The position numbers and the translations under genes are program-made. The notes under the pieces were generated by a model. It saw only the letters and a list, made by a program, of their open reading frames with translations, ran no database searches and was not told the DNA's origin. A DNA stretch of 64,000 nt from Squalus acanthias. Its lineage: Eukaryota. Within the stretch, counting starts at the first letter, position 1. Each line of letters opens with the position of its first letter. The stretch spans positions 158,164,001 through 158,228,000 of the forward strand of contig CM059431.1 in NCBI GenBank assembly GCA_030390025.1. The letters run 5' to 3'. Of the stretch, positions 50,608 through 60,829 are shown one piece after another.

Positions 50608-51723
50608 AATACATAATTTACAGCAAATATACATTATTTTAAGGCAGAAAAACCCAAGAAGCAAAGTGGTCCAACCGCAGGAAACAAGAGGAGTTAAAGA
50701 TATTATTAGATCAAAGGAAGAGGCTTATAATGTTGCCAAAAAGAGTGGTAAGCCTTAGGATTGGGAAGATTTTAGAATTCAGCAAAGGAGGACCAAGAAA
50801 TTAATAAATAAGGGAAAATAGGATAAGAGAGTAAACTAGCGAGAAACATAAAAACAGACTGTAAAAGCATCGATAGGTATGTAAAACAGAAAAGATTAGC
50901 CCTCCTGTCTGTTTGTTCCTTCTCTCCTGCAGTATCTGGTGCTGCTCTGCTCAGCCTCGTCTCATCCTTCAAATTGTCATGCACCCCAAGGGGGACCCCT
51001 ATCAAGATGCCCATGATCAACCACTTCCTTAATTATGTTGCCCCTATTGGTGCTGCTCACAGGTGCCCGTTGCGTCCCACTATTTCACTCTTTGAAGCGA
51101 ACCTCTAAGATCTCCGCGGTGCCGGTCTCTGAGCTGGTGCCTACGGCAGTGGTTGCCATTGACGTAATGCATTTGTCTTGGCTCTACTTCTCCTCCTCTT
51201 CCTCCGGGAGCGAGGTAGTTGGCGCCCTTCCTAAACCTGAGATGCATCTTGCTCCTCGGAGCCTATAATGATAAAGCTGGAATTTTTAGGGTCCAGTGCG
51301 TGTGGCCAATATAGAAGGATCTGTGTGATGTTACCATGTGGTGCTTAGGAGCGAGGATAGCTTTGGGTGGTTCGGGATAAGGAATAATTGTGTATCTTCG
51401 CGGATGCTGCAGTGGCTGAAACCTTCGACGCGAAATGCCCCTGCTCTGCCTCTAGCTATGGGTATGCAATTCCCATCCCGATGACGGCTAGCACTGCCTG
51501 CTGAATGGAGCGATATCATGAAGTTGTGCTTCCCCTCCACTGGTCAGGAACGGCTGCCCCATGTTATGTGCTACTTTTCCCAGGAAGAGAAAGTATGGTG
51601 ATTCTGAATGAGTATACTGCCAGGTGCGTGCTATTCTAACTTTGTTGAAGAGATGTGTCTGAGGTATGAGTAGTGACCATGAAAGATGCAACAGAGTGGG
51701 CGTGTTAATTGCTGGTTGTGTGT

Positions 51724-52740
51724 TTTTTTATTCGCTTATGTCATCTGGGCGTCGCTGGCAAGAACAGCAATTTTTGCCCATCCCTAATTGCCCTTGAGAA
51801 GGTGTTGGTGAGCCTCTTTCTTGAACCACTCTAGTCCGTGTGCTGAGGGTACTTTTCAGCTATGAAGAGAGACTGGACAGTCTGGGGTTGTTTTCCTTAG
51901 AGCAGAGAAGGCTGAGGGGGGACCTGATTGAGGTGTACAAAATTATGAGGGGCATATATAGGGTAGATAGAAAGGAACTTGTCCCCTTAGTAGAGGGGTC
52001 AATAACCAGGGGGCGTAGGTTCAAGGTGAGGGGCAGGAGGTTTAGAAGGGGTTTGAGGAAAAACTTTTTCACCCAGAGGGTGTTTGGAATCTGGAACTCA
52101 CTGCCTAAAAGGGTGGTAGAAGCAGGAAACCTCACAACATTCAAGAAGCATTTAGATAAGCACTTGAAACGACATAGGCTACGGACCAAGTGCTGGCACA
52201 TTGGATTAGAATAGACAGGGCGTGATGGCCGGCGCGGACACCTTGGGCCGAAGGGCGTCCTTCTGTGCTGTATACCTCTATGACTCTATGACACCCACAG
52301 TGCTGTTAGGAAGGGAGTTCCAGGATTTTGACCCAGCGACGATCAATGATCGGCGATATACTTCCAAGTCAGGATGGTGGGTGACTTGGAGGGGAACTTG
52401 GAGGTGGTGGTGTTCCTATGCGCCTGCTGCCCTTGTCCTTCCAGGTGGAAGAGTTCGCGAGTTTGGGAGGTGCTGTCGAAGAAGCCTTGGCGAGTTGCTG
52501 CAGTGCATCTTGTAGATGGTACACACTGCAGCCACGGTACGCCAGTGGTGGAGGGAGTGAATGTTTAAGGTGATGGATGGGGGACCAATCAAACGGGCTG
52601 CTTTGTCCAGGATGGTGTCGAGCTTCTTGAGGGTTGCAGCTGTACTCATCCAAACAAGTGGAGAGTATTCCAACAGACTCCTTACTTGTGCCTTGTAGAT
52701 GGTGGAAAGGCTTTGGGTAGTCAGGAGGTGAAATACTCGG
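51724..52740 (-). mobile_element. Zenon-like CR1-group LINE 3' fragment, interrupted at about 51853-52291
   Basis: MEYSPLVWMS..LKKLDTILDKAARLIG..HSLHHWRTVAAVCTIYKMHC. Confidence 0.8.
51853..52291 (+). mobile_element. CR1 3' fragment ((TATGACTC)n subfamily)
   Basis: Highly similar to 49275-49724. Confidence 0.9.
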
Positions 52741-53049
52741 AGAACCGGGGCGCCCTCTCCTGTGCTCCTGGCGACATCCTTTCACTCCTAGCCATCGCAC
52801 TCCACACCTTCAGTCGAAGTGGATAGTGCAGGCTACTTATACAGCTCCAGGAAAACTGCATTTAATCAGTGCAGATTTTGGTTTCAGCGCCTGCAGTCAC
52901 GTTCTAACCATGATACTCATCAATTAATCCAAAAATTGAGTGCTAAATTCAGACTTACAAACAGACGTTTCTGATTAACGCAAGACCCATTTTACGCCGG
53001 TGTTCTCTACATTCAAGGCCAAAATAACCACAAATTGTTGCTGTTTTAT

Positions 53050-53340
53050 AGACGCACAATGTACAGGTGCACGATGTACATCTGCACACTATGCAAGTAG
53101 ACAATGTGCAAATGCACAATGCACATGTGCACAATACACATCTGCAGCATGTAGAGTCACACGATCTACAGGTGCACAATATACAGGTGTCAAATATACA
53201 GGTGCAAAATATACAGGTGCACAGTATATAGACATAAGATGTGAAGGTGAACTATGTACAGACACGCAATGTACAACTGCATAATGTACAATTGGAAAAA
53301 CTACAAAGGTCACACAATATAGAAGTGCATAGTGTAGAAG
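53050..53340. repeat. Degenerate ~15-bp minisatellite (consensus near TACAGGTGCACAATA/G)
   Basis: Repeated tacaggtgcacaata / tacaggtgtcaaata / tacaggtgcaaaata units. Confidence 0.8.
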
Positions 53341-53519
53341 CGTTCAACATTCATCAACAACTATCTAATTATATGTACACATTCACACAAAAAAACACAT
53401 AGAGAATGACACTTTCTCTCACTCGCAGTCATAGATATTGGTCCGCTGAGTTGCAGACCTTTATCGAAGATTTTATAATGCTAAATACCACTGTCAATTT
53501 TGGCATGTAAGAATTATTA

Positions 53520-54070
53520 AATAGAATTAGGTAGAATTTACAGCTCACAAAGAGGTCATCCGGTACAACAGCTCCATGCCGGTGCTTATGCTCCACACGA
53601 GCGTCCGGCTACCACCTTCATCTAACTCTATCAACACATCTATTCATTCTCCCTCAAGTGCTTCCCTGGCTTCCCTATAAATGCATCTATGCTATTCGCC
53701 TCACCTACTCCTTGTGGTAACGTGTTCCACGTGTGTACTAACCTTTGTGTCAAGAAGTTTCTCCTGAATCCAATACTGGATTTATTGGTGACTATCTTTT
53801 GTGTATGGCGCACAATTTTCATCTCGCCCACAAGTGGAAAAGCCCTCTTTATGTCTACCCAATCAACACAATTTTTCATTAATTTTAAAGACTTCTATTA
53901 GGGCACCTTCAGCCTTTTCTTCTCCAGTGTAACGTCTCAGTTCCGGTTTCATCTTAACTCTTTTTGGACCGCCTCCATTGCCTGGACATACATTTTTGTA
54001 AAATATAATTTCAGCGCCAGAATTGTGCACATGATTACAAGTTTGGTCTAACCAAGGTTCCATGTAAGAT
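53520..54070 (-). mobile_element. Old CR1 3' fragment
   Basis: FRRNFLTQRLVHTWNTLPQ. Confidence 0.75.
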
Positions 54071-56102
54071 GATGTTGATATTTGTTTCTCCGCAAATGTT
54101 AGACTTGCCCTTCTTGCAAAGCAAAGATCGCAGGAACCCAAGTGCCCGGAGACACCTGCGAGTCTCAGGTACTGCCCAGGCCGGTTGTATCGACTGATAT
54201 TATTGAATTGTACACGCAATGACCTGTGGGCTCTGGTCTGCGGTACTGGTGAAAATTCGTCCATCGATCATAAAAGGTAAGTGATATCTGCAGTCCCCTC
54301 CGTCTAATGTAATGGCATTGTAAGGGAATCGCGTTAGTACTGTTGTAATCAATTCAAATTTTCATTTAGCCGGTTATAATGGATAAAAGACGGCCTGTTT
54401 TACAATTTTTTAAAATTTTATCGGACACGAAGATGAAACGCGTGTGTAGCTAAAGGCAGGTATGGATCAAGCAAAGTGCTTATACAGAAACAGGCGACTA
54501 GCCTCTCATGAATCGCTTTTGGATGAACAAACCTTGAAATTGTATTGATAATACGCCTGTAATCCGGTATTTGAAGCGAAATTCGCAAAGTTCCTTTTGA
54601 AAATGTATCATTATCATTTTATGTTACTGCAGGCAATAATCATTATAATCAATATAATGAGAGATAGATTGCCTTAACAGGGCTATTATCCAGAGCACTT
54701 AACAGTGGATGGGAGTTGGAGGGAGAAATATTTAGTCAAATCAACGAAAGGAGTAATATACATAAAACAATATTCATGGGAGATTTCAACTAACCCCTCC
54801 CCAATAAACTGGCGAAGATAGGTGGGGAGAAAGGAAAATGGAATAGAGATTTTACAGTATGTACAGGATTCCTTTCGAACCTGACAAAGGAGGAATTACG
54901 GCAGGATCACGGTTTTATCGTTCCAGGGATGTGGGCATCGCTGGGAAGGCCAACATTTATTACCCATTCCTAATTGCTCTTGAGAAGGTGGTGGTGACCC
55001 GCTTCTTGAGCCGCTGCAGTCCGTGTGGTAAAGCAACTCGCACAGTGCTGTTCGGGAGAGAGTTCCAGGATTTTGACAAATCGACTATGAAGGAACGACG
55101 ATATATTTCCAAGTCAGGATGGTGTGTAACGTGGAGGGAACTTGGAGGTGATTGTGTTCGTATGCGCCTGCTGCCCTTGTCCTTCTAGGTGGTAGAGTTC
55201 GTGGTTTCGGGAGGTGCTGTCGAAGAAGCCTTGACGAGTTGCTGCAGTGCATAGTGTAGATGGTACACACTGAAGCCATGATGTGCCAGTAGTGGAGGGA
55301 TTTAAATTTTAAGGGAGTGGATGTGATGCCAAACAAGCGGGCTGCTTTGTTCTGGATGTTGTTGGAGCTGCACTCGTCCAGCCAAGTGGAGAATATTCCA
55401 TCACACTCCTGACTTGTGCTTTTGTAGATGGAGGAGAGGCTTTGGGGAGTCAGGAGGTGAGACACTCGTCGCAGGATACATAGCCTCTGACCTGCTCTTG
55501 TAGCCACAGTATTTATGTGTCTTGTCAAGTTAAGTTTCTGGTCAGTGGTGACCCCCAGGATGTTGATTTTGGGGGATTCAGCGATTGTAATGCCGCTGAT
55601 TGTCAAAGGGCGGTGTTTAGACGCTCTGTTTTTGGAGATAGTCATTGTCTGGCACTTGTGTGGTGTGAATGTTACCTGCCACTTATCAGCCCAAGCCTAA
55701 TTGTTGTCCAGGACTTGCTGCATGCGGGCATAGACTGCTTCATTTTCTGAAGAGTTGCGAATGGAGCTAAACACTGTGCATTCAGCGAACACCCCCACAT
55801 CTGACCTTATTATGGAGGTTAGTTCATTAATGAAGCAACTGAAGATGGTTGGGCCTAGGACACTGCCCTGAGAATCGATGTCATAGGGCTGAGATGGTTG
55901 ACCTCCAAAAACCACAACCATCTTCCTTTGTGCTCGGCATGACTCCAGCCAGTGGAGAGTTTTTCCACTGATTCCCATTGACTTCAATTTACTCGGACTC
56001 CTTGATACATACATAGATACATAGAAGATAGGAGCAGGAGTAGGCCATCCGGCCCTTCGAGCCTGCTCCGCCATTTAATGAGATCATGGCTGATCCTTCA
56101 AT

Positions 56103-58907
56103 TCAGTATCCCGTCCCCGCCTTCTCTCCGTAACCCTTAACCCCTTTTGCCTGTAGAAATATATCTAATTCCCTCTTAAATATATTTAATGAGCTGGCGT
56201 ACACTGCCCTCTGTGGCAATGAGTTCCACAGGTTCACCACTCTCTGAGTGAAGAAATTCCCCCTCATTTCTGTCCTAAATGGTTTAGCCCTTATCCTTAA
56301 ATTATGTCCTCTAGTTCTGTTCTCACCCGCCAAGGGAAACATTCCTTCTGCATCTAATCTGTCTAGACCTGTCAGAATTTTATACACTTCTATGAGGTCC
56401 CCTCTCAATCTTCTAAACTCCAGTGTGTACATCCCTAAACTACATAGTCTCTCCTCATAGGTCAATCCCGCCATTCCTGGTATCAGCCTGGTGAATCGCC
56501 GCTGCACCCCCTCCATGGCAAGAACATCTTTCCTCAGATGAGGCGACCAAAACTGTACACAGTACTCGAGGTGTGGTCTCACCAGTGCCCTGTACAGCTG
56601 CAGCAAGGTATCCCTGTTCCTGTATTCCAACCCTTTTGCTATGAAGGCCAGCATACCGTTTGCCTTCTTGACCGCCTGTTGCACCTGCATGCTCGCCTTC
56701 AGTGACTGGTGTACAAGAACACCCAGGTCTCTCTGTACTTCCCCCTCTCCCAATTTATTGCCATTTAAATAATAATTTGCCCTCCCGTTCCTGCACCCAA
56801 GGTGGATAACTTCGCACTTGTCCACATTATAGTGCATCTGCCATTTATCCGCCCAATCACCCAGTCTGTCCAAATCGCTCTGGAGCTTCCTGGTCTCCTC
56901 CTCTGAGCCCACCCCCCCTCCTAGTTTAGTGTCGTCTGCAAATTTGGAAATGCTGCATTCGACTCCCTGATCCAGGTCATTAATATAAATTGTGAACAGC
57001 TGGGGACCCAGGACAGATCCCTGTGGTACCCCACTTGTTACTGCCTGCCATTCAGAAAATGAGCCGTTTATTCCAACTCTCTGTTTTCTATCTGACAGCC
57101 AGTTCTCTATCCACGTCAATACTTTCCCCTTTATCCCATGAGCTTCAATTTTCCATGCTAATCTTTTATGTGGGACCTTATCGAAGGCCTTTTGGAAGTC
57201 CAGGTACACCACATCTACTGGCTCTCCCCCATCTATTTTACCAGTTACTCCCTCAAAAAATTCCAATAGATTAGTCAAGCACGATTTACCCTTTGTAAAT
57301 CCATGTTGACTCTGTCCTATCCTGTCCCCATTTGCTAAGTGCTCGGCTATTTCATCCTTAATGATGGACTCCAGCATTTTGCCCACAACTGATGTAAGGC
57401 TTACAGGTCTGTAATTACCTGCTTTTTCCCTACCCCCCTTTTTGAATAGTGGGGTAACGTTAGCTACCCTCCAATCCATGGGCACTGTTCCCGAGTCTAA
57501 TGAATTCTGAAAAATCATGCTTAGTGCATCCGCTATCTCTAGGGCCACCTCCTTCAGTACCCTAGGATGCATGTTATCAGGCCCTGGGGATTTGTCCGCC
57601 TTCAATCCCTTTAGCTTCCTTAACACCATATCCTTAGAGATATTGATTTGCGTCAGTTCCTCCTTTGCCAATGTCCCTATTTTTCCCGATATCCCAGGGA
57701 GGTTTTTTGTGTCTTCCTTCGTAAAGACTGACCCAAAGTATGCATTTAGTTGGTCTGCCATTTCCTTATTTCCCATTATATATTCCCCCGTATCTGACTG
57801 CAATGGACCAACTTTGGTTTTCACCAGTCTTTTCCTCTTGATATACTTATAAAAGCTTTTGGAGTTAGTTTTTATATTTTCCGCCAGCTTGCTTTCGTAA
57901 GCTATTTTGCCCTTCTTGATTAAGCCCTTTGCCCTCCTTTGCTCTATCTTAAACTGTTCCCAATCTTCTGCTCTGGCGCGTTTTTTGGCTATTTTATACG
58001 CCCTATCTTTGGATTTTATGCTGTCTCTAATTTCCCCTGTTATCCACGGTTGAGTCACCTTTTTAGATTTCCTTTTATGCCAGATTGGTATAAACAATTT
58101 TTGCAATTTTGTCATTCTATCTTTAAATGCTTGCCATTGTTTATCTACCTCCAGTCCTCCCAGGAACGTTGTCCAATCAGACCTACTCAGTTCCCGTCTA
58201 ATGGCATCATAATTCCCCTTGTTTAAATTCAGGACCTGAGTCTCTGAGTCAATTTCTTCGCTCTCCATTTCGAGTGAGAAATCGATCATGTTATGATCGC
58301 TCTGACCCAAGGGTCCCCGTACAACAAGATTACTAATTAGTCCCTTCTCATTGCACAGTACCCAGTCCAATATAGCCTGTTCCCGAGTTGGTTCCTCGAC
58401 ATATTGATCCAGATAACCATCCCTTAAACACTCAAGGAATTCCTCCTCCTCATTATTTTTACTGATTAGGCTAGTCCAATCTATATGTAAGTTAAAGTCA
58501 CCTATGATGACAGCTGTGCTCTTATTGCACGCTTCTCTAATTTCCCTCGTGATGCCCTCCCCAACCTCTATTTTACTATTTGGAGGCCTATATACCACTC
58601 CTATTAATGTTTTTCGCCCCTCGCTATTTCTTAGCTCCACCCATATAGATTCTGTATTAACTGAGTTAATATCCTTCCTTTCAATTGCATTTATCCCCTC
58701 TTTTACCAGCAATGCTACCCCTCCTCCCTTTCTTTTTTGTCGATCCTTCCTAAATACTGAATACCCCTGTATGTTAAGCTCCCAGCCCTGCTCACCCTGC
58801 AACCATGTTTCCGTAATCCCAATTAGATCATAATTATTAACCTCTATTTCCACAGCTAATTCATCTACCTTGTTCCTGATGCTTCTCGCATTAAGGTATA
58901 AAACCAT
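56103..58907 (-). CDS. CR1 ORF2p: APE endonuclease + reverse transcriptase (934 aa from the first Met; frame open upstream to the ORF1 end)
   Basis: LNARS, ITETW, YRPP, GDFN, SDHN; DFQKAFD, GVPQGSVLGP, FADD. Confidence 0.97.
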   Translation of the reverse strand: MVLYLNARSIRNKVDELAVEIEVNNYDLIGITETWLQGEQGWELNIQGYSVFRKDRQKRKGGGVALLVKEGINAIERKDINSVNTESIWVELRNSEGRKTLIGVVYRPPNSKIEVGEGITREIREACNKSTAVIIGDFNLHIDWTSLISKNNEEEEFLECLRDGYLDQYVEEPTREQAILDWVLCNEKGLISNLVVRGPLGQSDHNMIDFSLEMESEEIDSETQVLNLNKGNYDAIRRELSRSDWTTFLGGLEVDKQWQAFKDRMTKLQKLFIPIWHKRKSKKVTQPWITGEIRDSIKSKDRAYKIAKKRARAEDWEQFKIEQRRAKGLIKKGKIAYESKLAENIKTNSKSFYKYIKRKRLVKTKVGPLQSDTGEYIMGNKEMADQLNAYFGSVFTKEDTKNLPGISGKIGTLAKEELTQINISKDMVLRKLKGLKADKSPGPDNMHPRVLKEVALEIADALSMIFQNSLDSGTVPMDWRVANVTPLFKKGGREKAGNYRPVSLTSVVGKMLESIIKDEIAEHLANGDRIGQSQHGFTKGKSCLTNLLEFFEGVTGKIDGGEPVDVVYLDFQKAFDKVPHKRLAWKIEAHGIKGKVLTWIENWLSDRKQRVGINGSFSEWQAVTSGVPQGSVLGPQLFTIYINDLDQGVECSISKFADDTKLGGGVGSEEETRKLQSDLDRLGDWADKWQMHYNVDKCEVIHLGCRNGRANYYLNGNKLGEGEVQRDLGVLVHQSLKASMQVQQAVKKANGMLAFIAKGLEYRNRDTLLQLYRALVRPHLEYCVQFWSPHLRKDVLAMEGVQRRFTRLIPGMAGLTYEERLCSLGMYTLEFRRLRGDLIEVYKILTGLDRLDAEGMFPLAGENRTRGHNLRIRAKPFRTEMRGNFFTQRVVNLWNSLPQRAVYASSLNIFKRELDIFLQAKGVKGYGEKAGTGY

Positions 58908-59044
58908 CAGGCTTTTTTTATGCTCACATTTTTTATGAATTAGTTTGGCCCTTTGTTTTTTGTTCCTCTCCTTTTTACCATTTATTTCTGTCTGCCTTTC
59001 ACTTTCCTCTATTTCACTACATGGGTTTCTAGCCCCCTGCCATA

Positions 59045-59992
59045 CTAGTTTAAATGCTCCCGAACTGCTTTATCAAAATTTACCCCGAGAACCTCAGTTC
59101 CATCTTTGCACAGGTGTAGACCGTCCCTTTTGTATAGGTCACACCTACCACAAAACTGGTCCCAATGCCTCAAAAATTTAAAACCCTCCCTCTTACACCA
59201 CTGCTGAAGCCACGTATTTAGCCTAACTATCCTGTTCTCTGTACTCTTACTAGCACGTGGCACTGGTAGTAATCCAGAGATTACTACCTTCGAGGTCCTA
59301 CTTTTTAGCTTGGCTCCTAACTCCCTAAATTCTACTTGTAGGACCTCTTCCCTTTTTTTAGCTACGTCGTTGGTACCAACATGTATCACGACAACTGGCT
59401 GTTCCCCCTCCCCCTCCAGAATGTTCTGCACCCGCGCCGAGACATCCTTGACCCTTGCACCAGGGAGGCAAATTACCATCCTGGAGTCTCGGTCGCGACC
59501 ACAGAAACTCCTATCTATTCCCCTTACAATCGAATCCCCTATTACTATAGCCCTGCCACTCTTTTTCCCTCCCTTCTTTGCAACAGAGCCAGTCATGGTG
59601 CCATGAGCCTGGCTGCTGGTGCCTTCCCCCGCTGAGTCATCCCCCCCGACAACAGCACCTAAGGCGGTGAACCTGTTGCTGAGGGAGACAACCCCAGGGG
59701 ATTCCTGCACTACCTTCCTGCCCTTGCTCTGCCTTTTGGTCACCCATGTACTATCTACTCTGGCCTTAACCTGCGGTGTGACCAACTCACTAAATGTGCT
59801 ATTCACAACCCTCTCAGAATCGTGGATGCTCCAAAGTGAGTCCATCCGCAGCTCAAGGGCCGTCATGCGGTCCCACATGAGCTGCAGCTGGACACACTTC
59901 CCGCACACATGGTTGTCAGGGACACAGGAAGCGTCCATGATTTCCCACATGTTACAGGAGGAGCATGACACAGGTCCGAGCTCTACTGCCAT
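59045..59992 (-). CDS. CR1 ORF1p: zinc finger, coiled coil, SGNH esterase (315 aa)
   Basis: CSSC..CGKC, VIGDSIVR, HVGTND, DGLH motifs. Confidence 0.93.
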   Translation of the reverse strand: MAVELGPVSCSSCNMWEIMDASCVPDNHVCGKCVQLQLMWDRMTALELRMDSLWSIHDSERVVNSTFSELVTPQVKARVDSTWVTKRQSKGRKVVQESPGVVSLSNRFTALGAVVGGDDSAGEGTSSQAHGTMTGSVAKKGGKKSGRAIVIGDSIVRGIDRSFCGRDRDSRMVICLPGARVKDVSARVQNILEGEGEQPVVVIHVGTNDVAKKREEVLQVEFRELGAKLKSRTSKVVISGLLPVPRASKSTENRIVRLNTWLQQWCKREGFKFLRHWDQFCGRCDLYKRDGLHLCKDGTEVLGVNFDKAVREHLN

Positions 59993-60829
59993 GACTTAAC
60001 CCTTATATTACTTATTAATTTTCTAGTTTTAGTTTATTTATTGACTTTTGTTTTCCCGAAGCTTACTTAGACCAATGTATACTGTACTCCTCTTATTCCT
60101 TTTTAAACTAACCAGATCGCACTAGTTTTAGTTGTACTTTCTAGGAAGGTTTGAGGAAAGTACTTACCAGTTAGTCTTACCTCCCTGGTCTTTCGCTGAC
60201 TTCCCGGTCTTGTGTCCCCTTGGTCCTACGCCGACTTCCCGCTCCTCCCGGTTCCTGCTCTGCTGAAAAGAAACTGAGACCAAAAAATTTGTGACCTCTG
60301 TTTTTAGACTACTCTGTAGGAACTCGGGTTTAAGCCACCACCCTCCTTAAATGCCGCTCCAACCAGGTCCGCTCCTCCTTCCCCGCTGCCGACCGCTCTG
60401 TGGGAGAAAAAGAAAGAAAGGCTCCTCCTCCGCCGCTGTCGACGCTGGTCTGAGGCCTACCCGATGCGGGCAAATGCTGTCTTGATGTCAAGGGCAGTCA
60501 CTCTCACCTCACCTCTGGAATTCAGCTCTTTTGGCCATGTTTAACTTAGGCTGCAATTAGGTCTGCAGCCGTGTGATCCTGGCGGATCCCAAACTGAGCA
60601 TCGGTGAGCAGATTATTGGTTTGTAAGTGCCGCTTGATTGCACTGTCGACATCACCTTACATCAGTTTGTTGATAATTTAGAGTAGACAGATGGTGCGTT
60701 AATTGGCCGGCTTAAATTTGTCGCTCTTTGTGTGGACAGGACATAGCTGTGCAGTTTTACACATTGCGGTTAGATTCCAGTGTTGTAGCTGTACTGGAAC
60801 AGCCTAGCTAGAGGCGCGGCTTGTTCTGG

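Larger units (their letters stand above)
41890..50898 (+). mobile_element. Decayed CR1 (5' UTR, ORF1, part of ORF2) hosting several nested insertions
   Basis: Duplicated 5' UTR block near 41920 and 42250; ORF1 about 43390-44350; APE 44540-45035 resuming at 49725 and 50608. Confidence 0.85.
56004..60459 (-). mobile_element. Full-length CR1/HER1-type LINE with intact ORFs (~4.45 kb), potentially active
   Basis: 5' UTR about 470 bp, uninterrupted ORF1 and ORF2, 3' stem-loop and (TATGTATC)n tail. Confidence 0.96.

Noticed and set aside
52955..53313. Cys/Thr-rich ORFs with TGAQY repeats
   Set aside because: By-product of a 15-bp minisatellite; open on both strands with no splice or domain support.
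53050..53340. CRISPR-like array
   Set aside because: Vertebrate context; degenerate head-to-tail units with no unique spacers and no cas genes.
54270..54285. Strong plus-strand donor AAAG|GTAAGT
   Set aside because: No associated acceptor, frame or partner exon identified on the plus strand.
56248..59999. Antisense ORFs over CR1 elements (here and at other copies)
   Set aside because: Shadow frames of RT/ORF1 that recur only because the repeat recurs.
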